Shown piece after piece: positions 24,459 to 37,702 of a stretch of 64,000 nt of DNA. Below the pieces are notes generated by a model that ran no database searches, was not told the origin of the DNA, and worked only from the letters and a program-made list of their open reading frames with translations. How positions within the stretch are numbered: position 1 is the stretch's first letter; the number at the start of each line of letters is the position of its first letter. The stretch is from Octopus sinensis (taxonomy: Eukaryota), in the NCBI RefSeq assembly GCF_006345805.1, contig NC_042998.1, positions 4,526,001 through 4,590,000 on the forward strand, written 5' to 3'. Both the position numbers and the translations under genes were made by a program.

Positions 24459-25044
24459 GAATGACAGAAAGAATTAATGTGTTTAATTATGTGAAAAACA
24501 TAAAGAAATGTTTTAAAAAATGATATCAATTTCTTTGAAATATTCTAATTTTTTACAGTTATCAAATCATTGATTATATTGGTATTATATTGATATTTTA
24601 AACTTTTCGCTAATTTCCATTTTTCTTGGATCACTGTAAGAGAAAAAAAAACGAAATATTGATTGATCACTGCTGTCTACTATCTCACCTAATAAACAAG
24701 CTGTATAAAAATAGAACTGCAAGAAAATTGAATTGAAATAAAATGAATGTTTAATTGATTTTTAAAAAATGTTTTGTAATATCAATTGAGAGAAAATGGG
24801 ACCAAAGATAGCGAGAGAAATTAATTCCAATTACTAGGATTAAGATATTATTGCTGATGTTGTTTTTGTTGTTGTTGTCTTTTCCCTTAATCTTTAGTCG
24901 TTGGCCATTATTTGTCATTAAACTACATGCACGAGGGAGCTACAACAGTTTTATTCTACATCACAAAATTTGATCTCCTAGTTTCTCTCGTATCGTATTC
25001 AATCAAAACCAAGGTGACAAGATTTCTGCTAAAAAAAAAGTGGT

Positions 25045-25228
25045 CATCATCATCCTCATCGTCGTTGTCATTCTCGTCATTGTCGTCATCATCATCATCG
25101 TCACCACCATCATCATCATCATCATCATCATCGTCGTCGTTGTCATCATCATCATTGTCGTCGTTGTCAACATGACCATCCTGATCATCATGATCATCAT
25201 GATCATCATCATGTTCATCATGATCATC
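25045..25228. repeat. Degenerate (CAT/CGT)n trinucleotide tract
   Basis: Direct reading; explains the poly-D/H/M/S ORFs in the track. Confidence 0.9.
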
Positions 25229-25364
25229 AAGGCTGTGGTACTGGACAAAATCATAGGTTATATATATATAGTAGCAACATCTACCCGAAGTATTTCTGAC
25301 CAGAGAATGAGAAAAAAAATTACAAATGGTAACAATGATCATCATGGTCGACAAGAACATATTC

Positions 25365-25815
25365 TATTTTCTTTATTGCCCACAAAGGGGCTAAACATAG
25401 AGGGGACAAACAAGGACAGACAAAGAGATGAAGTCGATTACATCGACCCCAGTGCGTAACTGGTACTTAATTTATCAACCCCGATAGGATGAAAAGCAAA
25501 GTCTACCTTGGCGGGATTTGAACTCAGAACGTAGCGGTAGATGAAATACCACTAAGCATTTCGCTTGGCGTGCTAACGTTTCTTATTTCTTTACTGCCCA
25601 CAAGGGGCTACACACAGAGGGGACAAACAAGGACAGACAAACGGATTAAGTCGATTATATCGACCCCAGTGCGTAACTGGTACTTATCTAATCGACCCCG
25701 AAAGGATGAAAGGCAAAGTCGACCTCGGCGGAATTTGAACTCAGAACGTAGCGGTGGATGAAATATCACTAAGCAATTCGCCCTGCATGCCAACATTTTA
25801 GCCAGCTCGCTGCTT
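25365..25815 (-). mobile_element. tRNA-derived SINE dimer, both units ending in a Tx1-like tail
   Basis: Two units with B box. Tails TTGTCTGTCCTTGTTTGTCCCCTCT(A/G)TGT(G/T)TAGCCCC..TGTGGGCA(A/G)TAAAGAAA. Confidence 0.88.
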
Positions 25816-27060
25816 TTGACAAGGACAGGCATTTGCAGGCATAATACTACCAAGTAATACTGCTGGTGAAAATGAATTTGTGTCATTAAAATTGTTCTGT
25901 GTAGCTTAAAGTTAATATCGTTAACTTTATAATATCGTTTCTAAATGATGAAAATTAAGCGACAATGGCTATCGTAGAAAAGTAGGGAAAACAATGGCTT
26001 ACAGTGACTTGAAAATATCAGCAAAAAAGCCCAACAACTGAAGGTGTTGTCTTACACTGATTTGATCAATTTTGTAATAACGGATGGATAAACCTTGAAT
26101 GTTAGAAAATGGTAAGCAATATTCCGCTGGTTGAGAAGGAATAAAAATATTTCTCGGCAAATCTCAGACGAATAACTTTTGTTTCAAAATCTACGGCAGT
26201 CGGGTACCGCTTCCCAAATAGCATGAAGTATTTCGCTGTTGAATCAAGACCCCGAAATACCATTCAGGGCAACTGCTGAACCTGAAATAAGATACCTGTA
26301 GAAGTAAGCACATCGCATTTTATTCTCACTTTTCTAAAGTCTTAAACAATAGAAAGATTTAAGACACAAAAATTCAGTGGTTATACCCGTTCAGTTATGT
26401 GGCAGGTGAGCCAAGTGTTGAATTACTTTAGGTCGCTTGAATCTGGTTTCCCTCACACTAGAAATGAAAACAGAAGCGATATGTGACCGGGTGAAGTTAT
26501 TACAGGCATATAAAACCTCATGTCATTACGAGCGCCCAGAAAAATCGCAGAACTCTACTTACACTATACCAGAATTTCTATTTCTCCGAGCAATAAAAAT
26601 GTTGAAAGATGTCAGTGGATGCTTGGCCAGAGATAGCGGAAGTCCTACAGGAAATTTAGCTGACAATAGAGTTGTCTCATTCTACGTGTCACTCATTGAG
26701 ACAACTCATATTTGGCTTACTGTAGTTGAAAGTCTGTATTAAAGGCATATCTATCACTAAAATGTAGTCTAAATGGACCTGGAGTACGCAAACGTTCCAT
26801 TAGAAGATCATGCCTGCATTGATTTTTACACTGTGATCTGGTGTGATCACTGTTTATCAGGCAAATTTTCCGCAGCTCGTCCTTTTGAAGGAGTTGAAAT
26901 TTTGGTAAAAGGTTAATGTGAATAATTTAGTAATAAAAACAATCTTCTATCTGCCGATTAATGTTTAACACTTTTCATGATAGTATTGCGCAGACCACAG
27001 GTGATAATATACCGGCAATTTTGAAGCCATCATTTATAAGTTAGCTGAAGCAATGTGTTA

Positions 27061-27453
27061 TCTTTATATATAAAAGTCAAGTTGTGTGTCTGTCTCCTAC
27101 GATTTAGATTCGTAACTACTCCAACATTTTGCGGTGCAGTTTAACCTAAACCGGGTATCTTATAGTCGTGATTCATATCGAGCCCTTCTGGGTATTAGCG
27201 CGCGTCTACGATGAGTCTACGATTAAAAAAAAAATTACCATCATTTTTTCCCATTTTAATTCATTTTTTCGATATTATATAAGGGAAGTAACTCTCTAAA
27301 AATGGCTACGATGAGTCAACGATTAAAAAAAAATTTACCATCATTTTTTTCCATTTTTAATGCATTTTTACTATTTTTTGGCTATAACTCTCTAAAAATG
27401 CTTATATAGTTATTTCCCTTACCATCCCGAGCAACGCCGGGCGATACTGCTGG
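27061..27453 (+). mobile_element. Non-autonomous Helitron
   Basis: Inserted between A and T; 5' TC(TTTATATATAAAAG); 3' GC hairpin CCCG-AGCAACGC-CGGG followed 9 nt later by CTGG (CTRR); internal ~100-bp tandem duplication. Confidence 0.8.
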
Positions 27454-28056
27454 TCAACTATATAAATATGTTATGGTGGCAAAAGCAATGTGAAATAGAA
27501 AGAGCGACCACAATAAGAAATGGAAATTGATATCCAATAGATATATTTATATGTTGTGTCAAAGTAATTTTCTTAATTACTTCTAAATTATGAAGTGTAA
27601 AATAATACATTTAATTGATAATTTATCTGTCGATTCATCATCTTCAAAACAGCATCTCCCATGACGTAGGAGATTTTAAATTTGGAAAAAACAAAATATT
27701 TATATTGGTTGAAAAACTTGCATCGGAAATATTTCATATCAATTGTATTGGAAAGATTATATTTGAAATATTTGTAATCAATATATTTAAGTAAGTTAAA
27801 AAAAAGTATTTTAATATGATTCGTAATTCTTTTCTTGTTTTCTTTTTTTCAAGAATTTATCAGTTTAGTGAAAAGGAAACCAGAGTGCTATGTGGTACAA
27901 TCAGTAATCGTTGGAAACATGTCTAGGATGTGCCAACAGAAAAGTTCAGAGAAAGATTTGATAAGGCAAATTGATGGGACGAGTGTGGAATTTACAATTA
28001 CCTTTATTAGCGTTTCATCTGAAAAAGCGGGAGAGAGAAGGAAGAAACAGAGGAGA

Positions 28057-28092
<36 letters not shown>

Positions 28093-28156
28093 AGGGGGAG
28101 AAAGAAAGAGGAAGTATGATAAAGGTGATCTATCGATCAGGCACCGGGCAATGAAT

Positions 28157-28367
28157 ACTCTTTTACTCTTTTACTTGTTTCAGTCATTTGACTGCGGCCA
28201 TGCTGGAGCACCGCCTTTAGTCGAGGAAATCGACCCCAGGACTTATTATTTGTAAGCCTAGTACTTATTCTATCAGTCTCTTTTGCTGAACCGCTAAGTT
28301 ACGGGGACGTAAACACACCAGCATCAGTTGTCAAGCGATGTTGGGAGGGGGACAAACACAGACACAC

Positions 28368-28399
<32 letters not shown>

Positions 28400-28562
28400 G
28401 ACGGGCTTCTTTCAGTTTCCGTCTACCAAATCCACTCACAAGGCTTTGGTCGGCCCGAGGCTATAGTAGAAGACACTTGCCCAAGGTGCTACGCGGTGGG
28501 ACAGAACCCGGAACCATGTGGCTGGTAAGCAAGTTACTTACCACACAGCCACTCCTGCGCCT
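28157..28562 (-). mobile_element. tRNA-derived CORE-type SINE
   Basis: Head GGCGCAGGAGTGGCTGTGTGGTAAG, CORE-like CTTGGGCAAGTG, tail GACTGAAACAAGTAAAAGAGTAAAAGAG. The same tail recurs at ~40130-40165 and ~50548-50590. Confidence 0.8.
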
Positions 28563-28744
28563 ATAAAATAATTTATGCTGAAAGTGTAGAGTCATGCGAG
28601 GGAGTGAGGCACGTTATCTGAAAGGGTCGGGAGTATGAGATACAATGTCACCTATATAATAAGCCTAATTTACACCAGTTATACATTAGTTTCAAAATTT
28701 GGAACGAGGCCTGAAATTTCGGGGAGGGAGTTTGTCGATCAAAG

Positions 28745-28870
28745 TAATATACTGAAAGGATGAAAAGCAATACCGACCTTAGCGGAATTTGAAATTCAGT
28801 ATGCAAGGACAGACGAAATGCCGCTAAGCATTTTGCCTTGCGTGCTAACGATACTGCCTTCTCACCGCCT
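28745..28870 (-). mobile_element. Partial SINE (same head family as 21564)
   Basis: GAAAGGATGAAAAGCAA..CGACCT..GCGGAATTTGAA..GCTAAGCATTT on the + strand. Confidence 0.7.
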
Positions 28871-28943
28871 TGAAACTAGCTACATATTATTTGAGCAATA
28901 ATAATAAGCTCGAAGATATATGAAACACTTGATATAATCATGT

Positions 28944-29336
28944 GGTAGTGGAGGCGCAATGGCCCAGTGGTTAGGGCAGCAGACTCGCGGTCATAGGATC
29001 TCGGTTTCGATTCCCAGACCGGGCGTTGTGAGTGTTTATTGAGCGAAAACACCTAAAAGCTCCACGAGGCTCCGGCAGGGGATGGTGGTGATCCCTGCGG
29101 TACTCTTTCACCACAACTTTCTCTCACTCTTACTTCCTGTTTCTGTTGTACCTGTATTTCAAAGGGCTGGCCTTGTCACTCTCTGTGTCACGCTGAATAT
29201 CCCCGAGAACTACATTAAGGGTAGACGTGTCCCGAGAACTACATTAAGGGTAGACGTTAATTTCACGAGCAGGCTGTTCCGTTGATTCGGATCAACCGGA
29301 ACCCTCGTCGTCGTAACCGACGGAGTGCTTCCATCC
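28944..29336 (+). mobile_element. tRNA-derived SINE with 10-bp TSD
   Basis: A-box-like TGGCCCAGTGG, B-box-like GTTTCGATTCC; TSD ATAATCATGT at 28934-28943 and 29337-29346; internal 27-bp tandem duplication. Confidence 0.85.
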
Positions 29337-29343
29337 ATAATCA

Positions 29344-29496
29344 TGTTGTGTGGACGCCCCCAGACGATGAAGTAGGCTAGCCCAATACGTAGATATAGTG
29401 GGAGAAGCCTAGACGTCAGAGGTCAGACTAGTCAGAGGGAAGAGTAGTAGAGAGGAGTCGTGTTGAGTAGAAGGCATCCGAACGGGTGATATAACA
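29344..29496. mobile_element. Short solo LTR (153 bp)
   Basis: TGTT...AACA termini with 5-bp TSD AATCA at 29339-29343 and 29497-29501. Confidence 0.65.
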
Positions 29497-31094
29497 AATC
29501 ATTGCTGCAGTAAGGACACTACTTTTCAGCAACGTAATATTAGACTTATAATGTATTGAGAAACACCACAACTGCCTGAATTTGTAATGTGGCCTGTATG
29601 CATAATACCTAACAAATTCTCATGTAGCTCAAACAATATTAGTCTTATTCTAGTAGATGACAGTCAAAAAGATTCAAATAAAACCTATTCAAAGGACTTT
29701 TAGAACGAAACCGCCGAAATGAAGTAGGTTCATTTAATTCGTTAGGCTTATATCATTAGGGTATGATATTATTAGAAGCGCCGTTTATTCAGTACTAATA
29801 AGTAAATAAGAAAAGACGACAAATATTACTGAAAATTTTTTGAATGGATTTCTCAGTGAGATAGTTGCAAATGACCAATTATTGAATCGCTATAGAGCTG
29901 GTCCATATTAATTTATAAAAGAAAATATCCTCGTGATATTCAACTTATTCATTTTATAGAAAATTGAAATTCAGTCAACACCTGCTCTACATTCACACCC
30001 TCACTTTGTTGGCAGCTATTACTCTTGATAGTTCAGTACTAGAAGCAACAGTTATAGAATTTGTCAAAGAAACCTTTTCCATTACATTCAGATGCCTAAT
30101 TCTAGATATTCTTACTTGTCATTTCTCATACATAGCTTTAATTTCTTACTCTAGAGCAATGTTAATTTTGATAATAGATACACATAAGAGAATCTACTAA
30201 TTTGAACAATGATCAATGACTAAACCTTCATTATATTGATGATTGAATAAACCAGATTTAACTTCATGTGATGAATGATAGAAGTATGAAATTTTTATAC
30301 GCGCATTGGCTATAAGACACGGTTGGCAACAAGGTATTCCGTTCATCTACACAGTCTCTATTACTAATTAACAAAAGATATGCATATTTGTCATATGACA
30401 AATGTACAGTTAGCGTTCATTGGTGCTAAGTGCGGATATATGTCTGCGCTGCACTTTAAAAATACTAGCATATTCGCTAGGTAGCTTATCATTTCTTGAC
30501 TACATAAAACTATTTCGTTCGCACCCAGAAAAACATTTCTTAATATTCATTCAAAATATTCCAATATTTCATGTGTAAATGAAATTTCTAAAATAAGGAG
30601 TGTTTTTTTTTTGTGACCTACAAATCGTTGGAGCATTCTATAGATATTAGTTAAAAGATACGCATGACACGAGGAATTACGGAAATCTATCTATCTATCT
30701 GTCTATCTATCTATCTATCTATTTATCTGTTTGCCTATGCAATTTGCACACTTTTCCACGTTCTAACTGTATATATACATATATATATAAGTAGAACGTC
30801 GGGAAGTGATATATATATATATATATTAAATTTCTAAATATCTCAGAGAGATATAAGCAGTGGTGGTACGACAGAGCAGTTGTATACAGTCAAATTAACG
30901 TGACAGTCCCATAAAGGGAATCACCTCACCGCTATTTAGCCCTAGGAAGCATCAACGCTTCCTGTTGGCCTTGACACATTTCCTGTGTCCTTATGTTTAC
31001 AAGGGGGAGACAATCACCCCCACCCAGCTAAGCCTGCATCCAGAGGCATGTTTCTGAGTCTTGTTCGTCATCGGTCTGGAGTAGCATGGCTTTT

Positions 31095-31713
31095 TAGCTG
31101 CAGATACCTGGCGAATAGGACAGGTGGGGGAAGAGATACCATGTTGTTTTCGGGGACAAACTCAAGAGTAAAGAGAACTCGGTGACAGGGTGCATTGTCG
31201 TCGTGAAGAATCAAATTCTTCGCTCCACATAACCAGTTACCTATCCCGTATTTCTCCCTGAAACTCTTCCAGTAGAACTCTCGATTAACTGTCTGCTCCT
31301 GAGGGACGAATTCTTGATGTACAATACCCCATGTCTCGTGGTAGATCTTCAGATTGTTCATCGTCTTCCAGGGACATTCTTCCGCGACTTTGAAGCGCTC
31401 ATGCCATGCAAAACATTGTGTACGACCCATTGCCACATCGCTCTTAGCTTGCCGAAGCATGCTGAATATCTTAGTAGCTGACTTCTCAAGTTTAACACAA
31501 AATTTTTCGTTGGCTCTTTTTTTCTGCCCATGACAAAATTGAAGACTATAGTATAACATGATGACAATACATAGATTTCACAATTTGCGAAGTAAACGCA
31601 AAAATGTCACATGACTCAGAAAGGTCACTGCTATCTTTCATTGCGCAACCGCGTGCTGCCACCTGTTCGCGCACCACAGAACAAGTCCGGGAACGTTTTA
31701 ATACCAACTCGTG
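31095..31713 (-). mobile_element. Internally deleted mariner transposon
   Basis: KRANEKFCVKLEKSAT...RTQCFAWHERFK (HTH) joined to VHQEFVP..TVNREFY and LHDDNAPCH..PPxYSP; mariner-type TIR at 31684-31713. Confidence 0.85.
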
Positions 31714-32944
31714 TGCTCAAGAGCGGGGACCCTTTACGAGGTGAGATCATTTCTCAGCTACAAAAAAATTCTATCTACCTATACTCGTTTATATCGCTAA
31801 TTAACGTAAGGCTCAGTGATCCAACAGTTATTCTGCATAACCAAGTCTGCTACCTATAGAGTTAGCTTCAATAAAATCAATAATATTGTGTACAAGATAG
31901 TCGATGGTTCATCATTTGCAAACACCAACTTATACAATAGCTTAAAGAGTTACGTATTTCACGAAGCTTTTCCATTCTATACAAATTTGATATATGTTCT
32001 TGTATTTTATATTTTATCTCCTGGGAAACAATTTATAAATTGTGTTCACTTAAGTGTAAATTTAATCAAACTTCTAAGTGAAATCTACAGCAAGATGTTT
32101 TATGTAGCCTGCAGGTCGACTCAAATTAATAATTATATGGAAATCTTTGCATATATGTGCTCTTAGTTAATGCTTCTTTACCAAGTTCATAATTTTTAGA
32201 GCCACACATCAAAAAGCTAATATAGCTATTATAGGGTTTGATGTGCAGAATTATACTTACAATGGAATATGTAGTTCGGTATTCTAATTCATTATTTAGA
32301 AGCAGATTACATTTCTAGTTTACAGAAGCATTTAACTCCGATGCTGTGCCTTCTATATATCAGAAATAGGGAACATTTATTGTAAGCGTTTATTGTTATA
32401 ACATTCAATCAGATCAGAAGAAGTGAATGAATGCCTATTATGCAATAGAAACAAATATTTATTTTCTTTATCTGAAGAAAATAAAATGTTCTAATTGGTA
32501 CACCGATTGATTATTTCACATTTGATGCAACGTTCCATACATATTTTCCCATAACAATCACTCGATGTTTGGAACTGCATATTAATAGGAATTCCAAACG
32601 GTAATGGATAAAGCTGTGAAATAAAACAATACGGAGCGCATCTTCGATACTTCACTAAAACATGTGCAATATCTTGAAATGCTACTTTTCTTTTTTTAGA
32701 AGCTTAGTTATGTTAATGTTTGAAACTCAGGAAACAAAAGGATTCAAATCACATTTCTTTTTATCTTTCTACGACTTGCTATAACTTCATAAGATTAGAT
32801 ATGGGAGATGATTATAAAATCATCTAAAATTAATACCATTGTATAAAACAAGTTTATTGCAAACAATCAAACTGAAATCAAAAGAAATCTGGAGAAAACA
32901 ATTATTAACATAAATTGTTTCACCCTTAATATTTATTTGTTAAA

Positions 32945-33155
32945 GCTATGCGTTGGCAGAATCGTTACTGAGCCGGGAAAAATGATGCTTAGCATTTCTT
33001 CCGTTTTTACGTTCTGAGTTCAAACACTGCCGGGGTCGATTTAGACTGACATCCTTCTTGGGGTAGATAAAATATGTACCAATTTCGCACATTTGTCAAT
33101 GTAACCCAGTTACCCTTTCTCCACAAAATTACTGGCCTTGTGACAAAATTTGTAA
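32945..33155 (+). mobile_element. Decayed SINE monomer (21564 family)
   Basis: TTGGCAGAATCGTTA...GTTCTGAGTTCAAA...GGGGTCGAT...GGCCTTGTGACAAAATTTG. Confidence 0.7.
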
Positions 33156-34967
33156 CCTTCATTTTACATTTTATTTCAATTTGTGAACAATAATATCTTG
33201 GTTAAATATTTCCTGCTAAAAACAGCGAACTCGTCATTGCCATTCTTCATCCCAAGAAGCAGTATTGGTAAGAGTACAGGGTGCCGCAACTCAGCGAAAT
33301 ATATTGCATATCACAAATACTGATTTGAAGTCTTAATAAGCTGTTTTTTGTAGGTTATATATATATATATATGTTTGTAAATATATAAATACATATTACG
33401 TACTTCGGAACAGTTCAGTTTCTATTTCTATAAACCAGCGAACTATCTGAGGTTATGTTGGAAAAGATTTGGTTAAGATGCTTCGCTCTGTGATTGAAGT
33501 TGGAACTAAACATTTGTGAAAGGCACTCCTAGCCACTTCAGTGCTGAGTTGCAAAATAATGATCTACTTTCAAACGTCGAGTAATTATTTGGTTTATTAT
33601 CTCCCTGTTCGCCGTGTTGTTGATTGAATACATTTACAAAAAAAATTACTAAAACTTGTTACTTTATTTCTTCTTGCTCACTAAAGATATACATTGTATC
33701 TTTTCATAACATTTTATTGCGCTGATTTTACCATAGACATGTTTCGGTACACGCATCCCTACAATGTTCAGTTGATTACATGTAAATTCCATGAAAGGCA
33801 ATTCATTTGTTTGTATAACCGGATGCTTACCTTGGAAACCAATGAAGGATCCACAACCATTTGCAGTTGTTCTCAATTTCAAAATATTTAGTCTCACTAA
33901 CTGTTTTGGAACTGTTCATATTGATATGGGATTTTTTGAAAGCCCTAGTGTATCTGGGGTTTAATTTCATTAATTTGTACATAACAATCACACCTTTTAT
34001 TTTACGTTTATCAAAATAATTTTTAATTTGTTTAACCTTATTGCAAACGATATTGAAAAAATTATATTTAGCGTTAGAAACAATAGCAAAAGAGATCGAT
34101 GGTTTTTAAAAAATTTTGTTAAACATCGAGATTAGCTGTGAATGAGCAAACATTGCATCAATGATTTGTAGATATTACAAAGCAACATATTTTATATCTA
34201 GGAATACATAGTTCATAGTATCCTATCTTTAAGGCAGTAGTAAAACAGAGATTTTCCTACAATCTTTAGTTACTAAAGCAACCATAGCAAGACAGTATCA
34301 TTTAGTTCGAAACTTAGTTCTTTGACTGTTATTTTTGTGAATCACGTTGTTGCATTTCTAGATATAATTCTTGCTGCAATGGCACTCGTTATCGTGGATT
34401 TGTTTTGGCTACTGGAATAGTGACAGCTGTGATTGTTTATCTTGATATTCTTGCAGCAGTAGGATTTTCGGATGATTCCATGTTCAATCGCGGCGTTTCA
34501 ATAATGTTGGGTGTGGCAATGCTAAAGTTGTAAGGTTTGCTTATCAGCTCCTTTCTTTCTCCTGATGAATCACAACTAAGTTGTAATGATCTTTTTCACT
34601 TCCTGTCATTTCTAGAACTTTTTCTAGCCGACCTCAGTATCTCCTTCCTTCAAAGAATTTATAGAAGTAGCTGCTCTATGCCTTCAAGTACGACTTTCGC
34701 ATCTTGCTTCAAGAAAAATATTTTTAATATTTCTTTTTCATGGTTATAAAATGAGTTTTGAATTTCTTCTGCTATGTGTCCTGTTGCAACAGACGTCTAT
34801 CAACGAACGTTGACTCTGAAGTTTTGTTACAAGTGAAGATTATCACTCTTACCAGAGCGCTGCTCTGCTTGACCATAAATGTAACTTTGGGCTTTTAGAC
34901 TCTAAACCACCAGCACTCACTCGCACTGTACAAATTGAAATCACGCAGCCTGGACAGAAATGTTTTA

Positions 34968-35191
34968 CAGTAATCCCTCGGCTATCCTGGGTGTTACGTT
35001 CCAAAACACCCCGTGATAGGTGAAAATCCGTGAAGTAGAAACAGTACAGTACTGTATATATTTTTTGTTATTTTTATAATTTGTATATATTTATTTTATT
35101 ATAAATGCAAAACAAAATACCTCGGAGGAATCGATGTAAACTTAAATAATAAACCGCGATAGATGAACCTCAGAATGGCAAGGGATTACTG
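34968..35191. mobile_element. Tigger/pogo-type MITE (224 bp)
   Basis: TIRs CAGTAATCCCTCG / CAAGGGATTACTG; TA on the left and TT on the right (inferred mutated TA TSD). Confidence 0.8.
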
Positions 35192-36257
35192 TTCGAAGAA
35201 AACAAAACTTGGAATTCTCTTATCATTCCTGTCCGATTCCTTTGATAATTTCGCTGTACATTTCCGATGTTGCATTTTCGCTAACTCAATACCTGTGAGA
35301 TGGACTTTGACCAAAATAGTTAAAGTAGGCAGTGGCTGTTATAACGTCACCTACTGGCCCCCTGGCACATGTTCCCGTAAAGAACCATTAACCATGACTC
35401 GCTTTATGATGAAGCGATACTATGTTAAAATCAAAATGTAATCATTGGTCTTTTGAATTTATGCATCAAATATTACCCTCAGAAGCTATTTGTATGCTGA
35501 AGCGGAATGTGATTATTTCGAAGATAAAAAGAAGGTAACACTGACAGATCTTGAATTCCAAACTATAAAAGGCTTAACCTAATGCTTTGCTACGATTGAT
35601 CCATTATTCATCATGCTTCTCATGATTGAAATTGAATCCTGCTGTCTGTTATACAAACGCAAAAAGAACAATATGAATTAAAACAGAAAATCGTTTCAAC
35701 TTTTTAAAGGGTTCCTTAATGTTTTGTAATGACCTAATTAACATCTGCATATTTTAGTGCAGGAAGTCCAATGACTTGCACAAAGCAACAGATAACACAT
35801 TAAGCCCAAACACTCACTGGAAAATAAAAGGAATTACTTGTCTTTCTAAAATTTTATACATATTATTTTGTTGGTGCATATTTCAGTCAGTCTAAAATTT
35901 CAATATAAACACATAATCATGCTTTCTTCCTTTCACACACATCTCCTGTTGTGATAGAAGAGAACATAATTGATTGTTTGAGCTGTTTAATACTTTAAAA
36001 TTAGTATCTCCAGATTGTTTCAAACTGTGCTGCTTACTTTTGATTTTATATTTACAAAAGAAAATAACAACAAACGAAACAGAAATGTGCCAAAGAGGAA
36101 TAATTTAACAACATTCATCAGGAATTTGACTGAAATATGGGTAAACGGTATTTTTGAAACACTAATCCACGTCAACCAACTGCTTCTGTTATTTTCTTTC
36201 TGCATTAATTGAATGATAAAAATCGCACCTTATTAGACATGAAATACCATATCGTTA

Positions 36258-36740
36258 TTTACTCTCTCTATATAAAATTCTTTGTCCGCCTGTCTGTTCC
36301 CTATGCATTCTCAAACGGCTCCACCAACTCAAATCAAATTTTACAAGGTAATACTGTTAGATCCCGTAAGTGCCAACATGGGGCTTTTATTTTCATTTGG
36401 ATTAAAACAATATAACATTTTCTCGAAAATAATCTTTCTATAGTGAACTATAGCACAAAACATTTTATACCACGAGACGGCGACACAATTTGTAAAGAAG
36501 TGTGTATGTGTCTGTCAGTATCGGTGTGTTGGCGCGTTCGTTACTTACGAGATAGTACAGGACACTTTATACCACGACGACGACGACACATTTGCTTGTC
36601 AGTATATATATTATCGCGTTAATTACGTACCACATGGTAAGGAACATTTTATAACACCACCGTCGCCACCACCACCACCACCACAACCACCACAACTCTC
36701 TACTACATTCTTCCACGCCCAACTCTACGTTGCATGCTCA
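36258..36740 (+). mobile_element. Possible Helitron-derived 5' end with three diverged ~90-bp subrepeats
   Basis: TCTCTATATAAAATTCTTTGTCCGCCTGTCTG start; ACATTTTATACCAC-like units near 36460, 36563 and 36645; no 3' CTRR found. Confidence 0.35.
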
Positions 36741-37334
36741 CGAGATATTCTGTTTTTGTATTTGTTACTTTGCCTGTCAATCTTGTATGAAACAGATAAG
36801 TGGTATCTCTTCAACGACAGGCCTTTCTCACTTTATTGCGTATAACAATATATGGGTATAAATGTTCCATTCGACTATGCACTTGAAATTTTCTATCATA
36901 TGCTGTCGTTCAAAGGACCAGCTTTTAGTGACCTTAAAAACTACAGAGATTTGGCAATAAAGTTGCATTAAAAAAAAGAAATCTTCCACTTTTAACCTGC
37001 AATATGACTATTCGAACCTGAAATAATAATGACCCAGGCTATTCAGCTGCCAAATAAAAAAATTCTCAAGAAGAAATAATTAGAACAAAAAGACTGTTGA
37101 AAATAACAAATAACATGCCATAAAAATATGTAGGATAAAAAGCAAAATAACACAAAAGCAAAATACAGATGTGTATTGTGATAAACGAAGATGTGACAAG
37201 CAGTAATGACATTCTATCATCACATGAGCTTTTTTGAAGAAGACAAGCTTAGATAAGCACTGAGGTGTAAGGCTCTGTATTCACCGGAAGAGAATGAGAG
37301 AAGAGAAATGTAACTTGTCCTTCTTTTACTTGGA

Positions 37335-37620
37335 ATGTTTTACTTGAGCACTGGGGTCGATGTAATCGACTTACCTCCCTCGAAAATTGTTGGACTTGTG
37401 CTGAAACTAGAAACTAGTATTACTGAAATCACTTTATATGAGGCAACGAGCGTGCAGGATTGTTATCATGCCGGGCAAAATGTGGCATTTCGTCCTCTTT
37501 ACGTTCTATGTTCAAATTCCGTCGAGGTCAACCGACAAAAGAGAGTACCAGTTGAACACTGGGGTTGATGTAATCGACTTAACCCATCCCTTCGATCTTG
37601 CTGGCCTTGTGCCAAAATTT
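37335..37620 (+). mobile_element. Two SINE fragments (21564 family)
   Basis: CTGGGGTCGATGTAATCGACTT at ~37351 and CTGGGGTTGATGTAATCGACTT at ~37559; head remnant at 37440-37520. Confidence 0.7.
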
Positions 37621-37702
37621 CATAGCATTATTATTATTGCTGTTATTATTATTATTATTATTGTTGTTGTTGTTATTACTATTATTATTATTATTATTAT
37701 TA

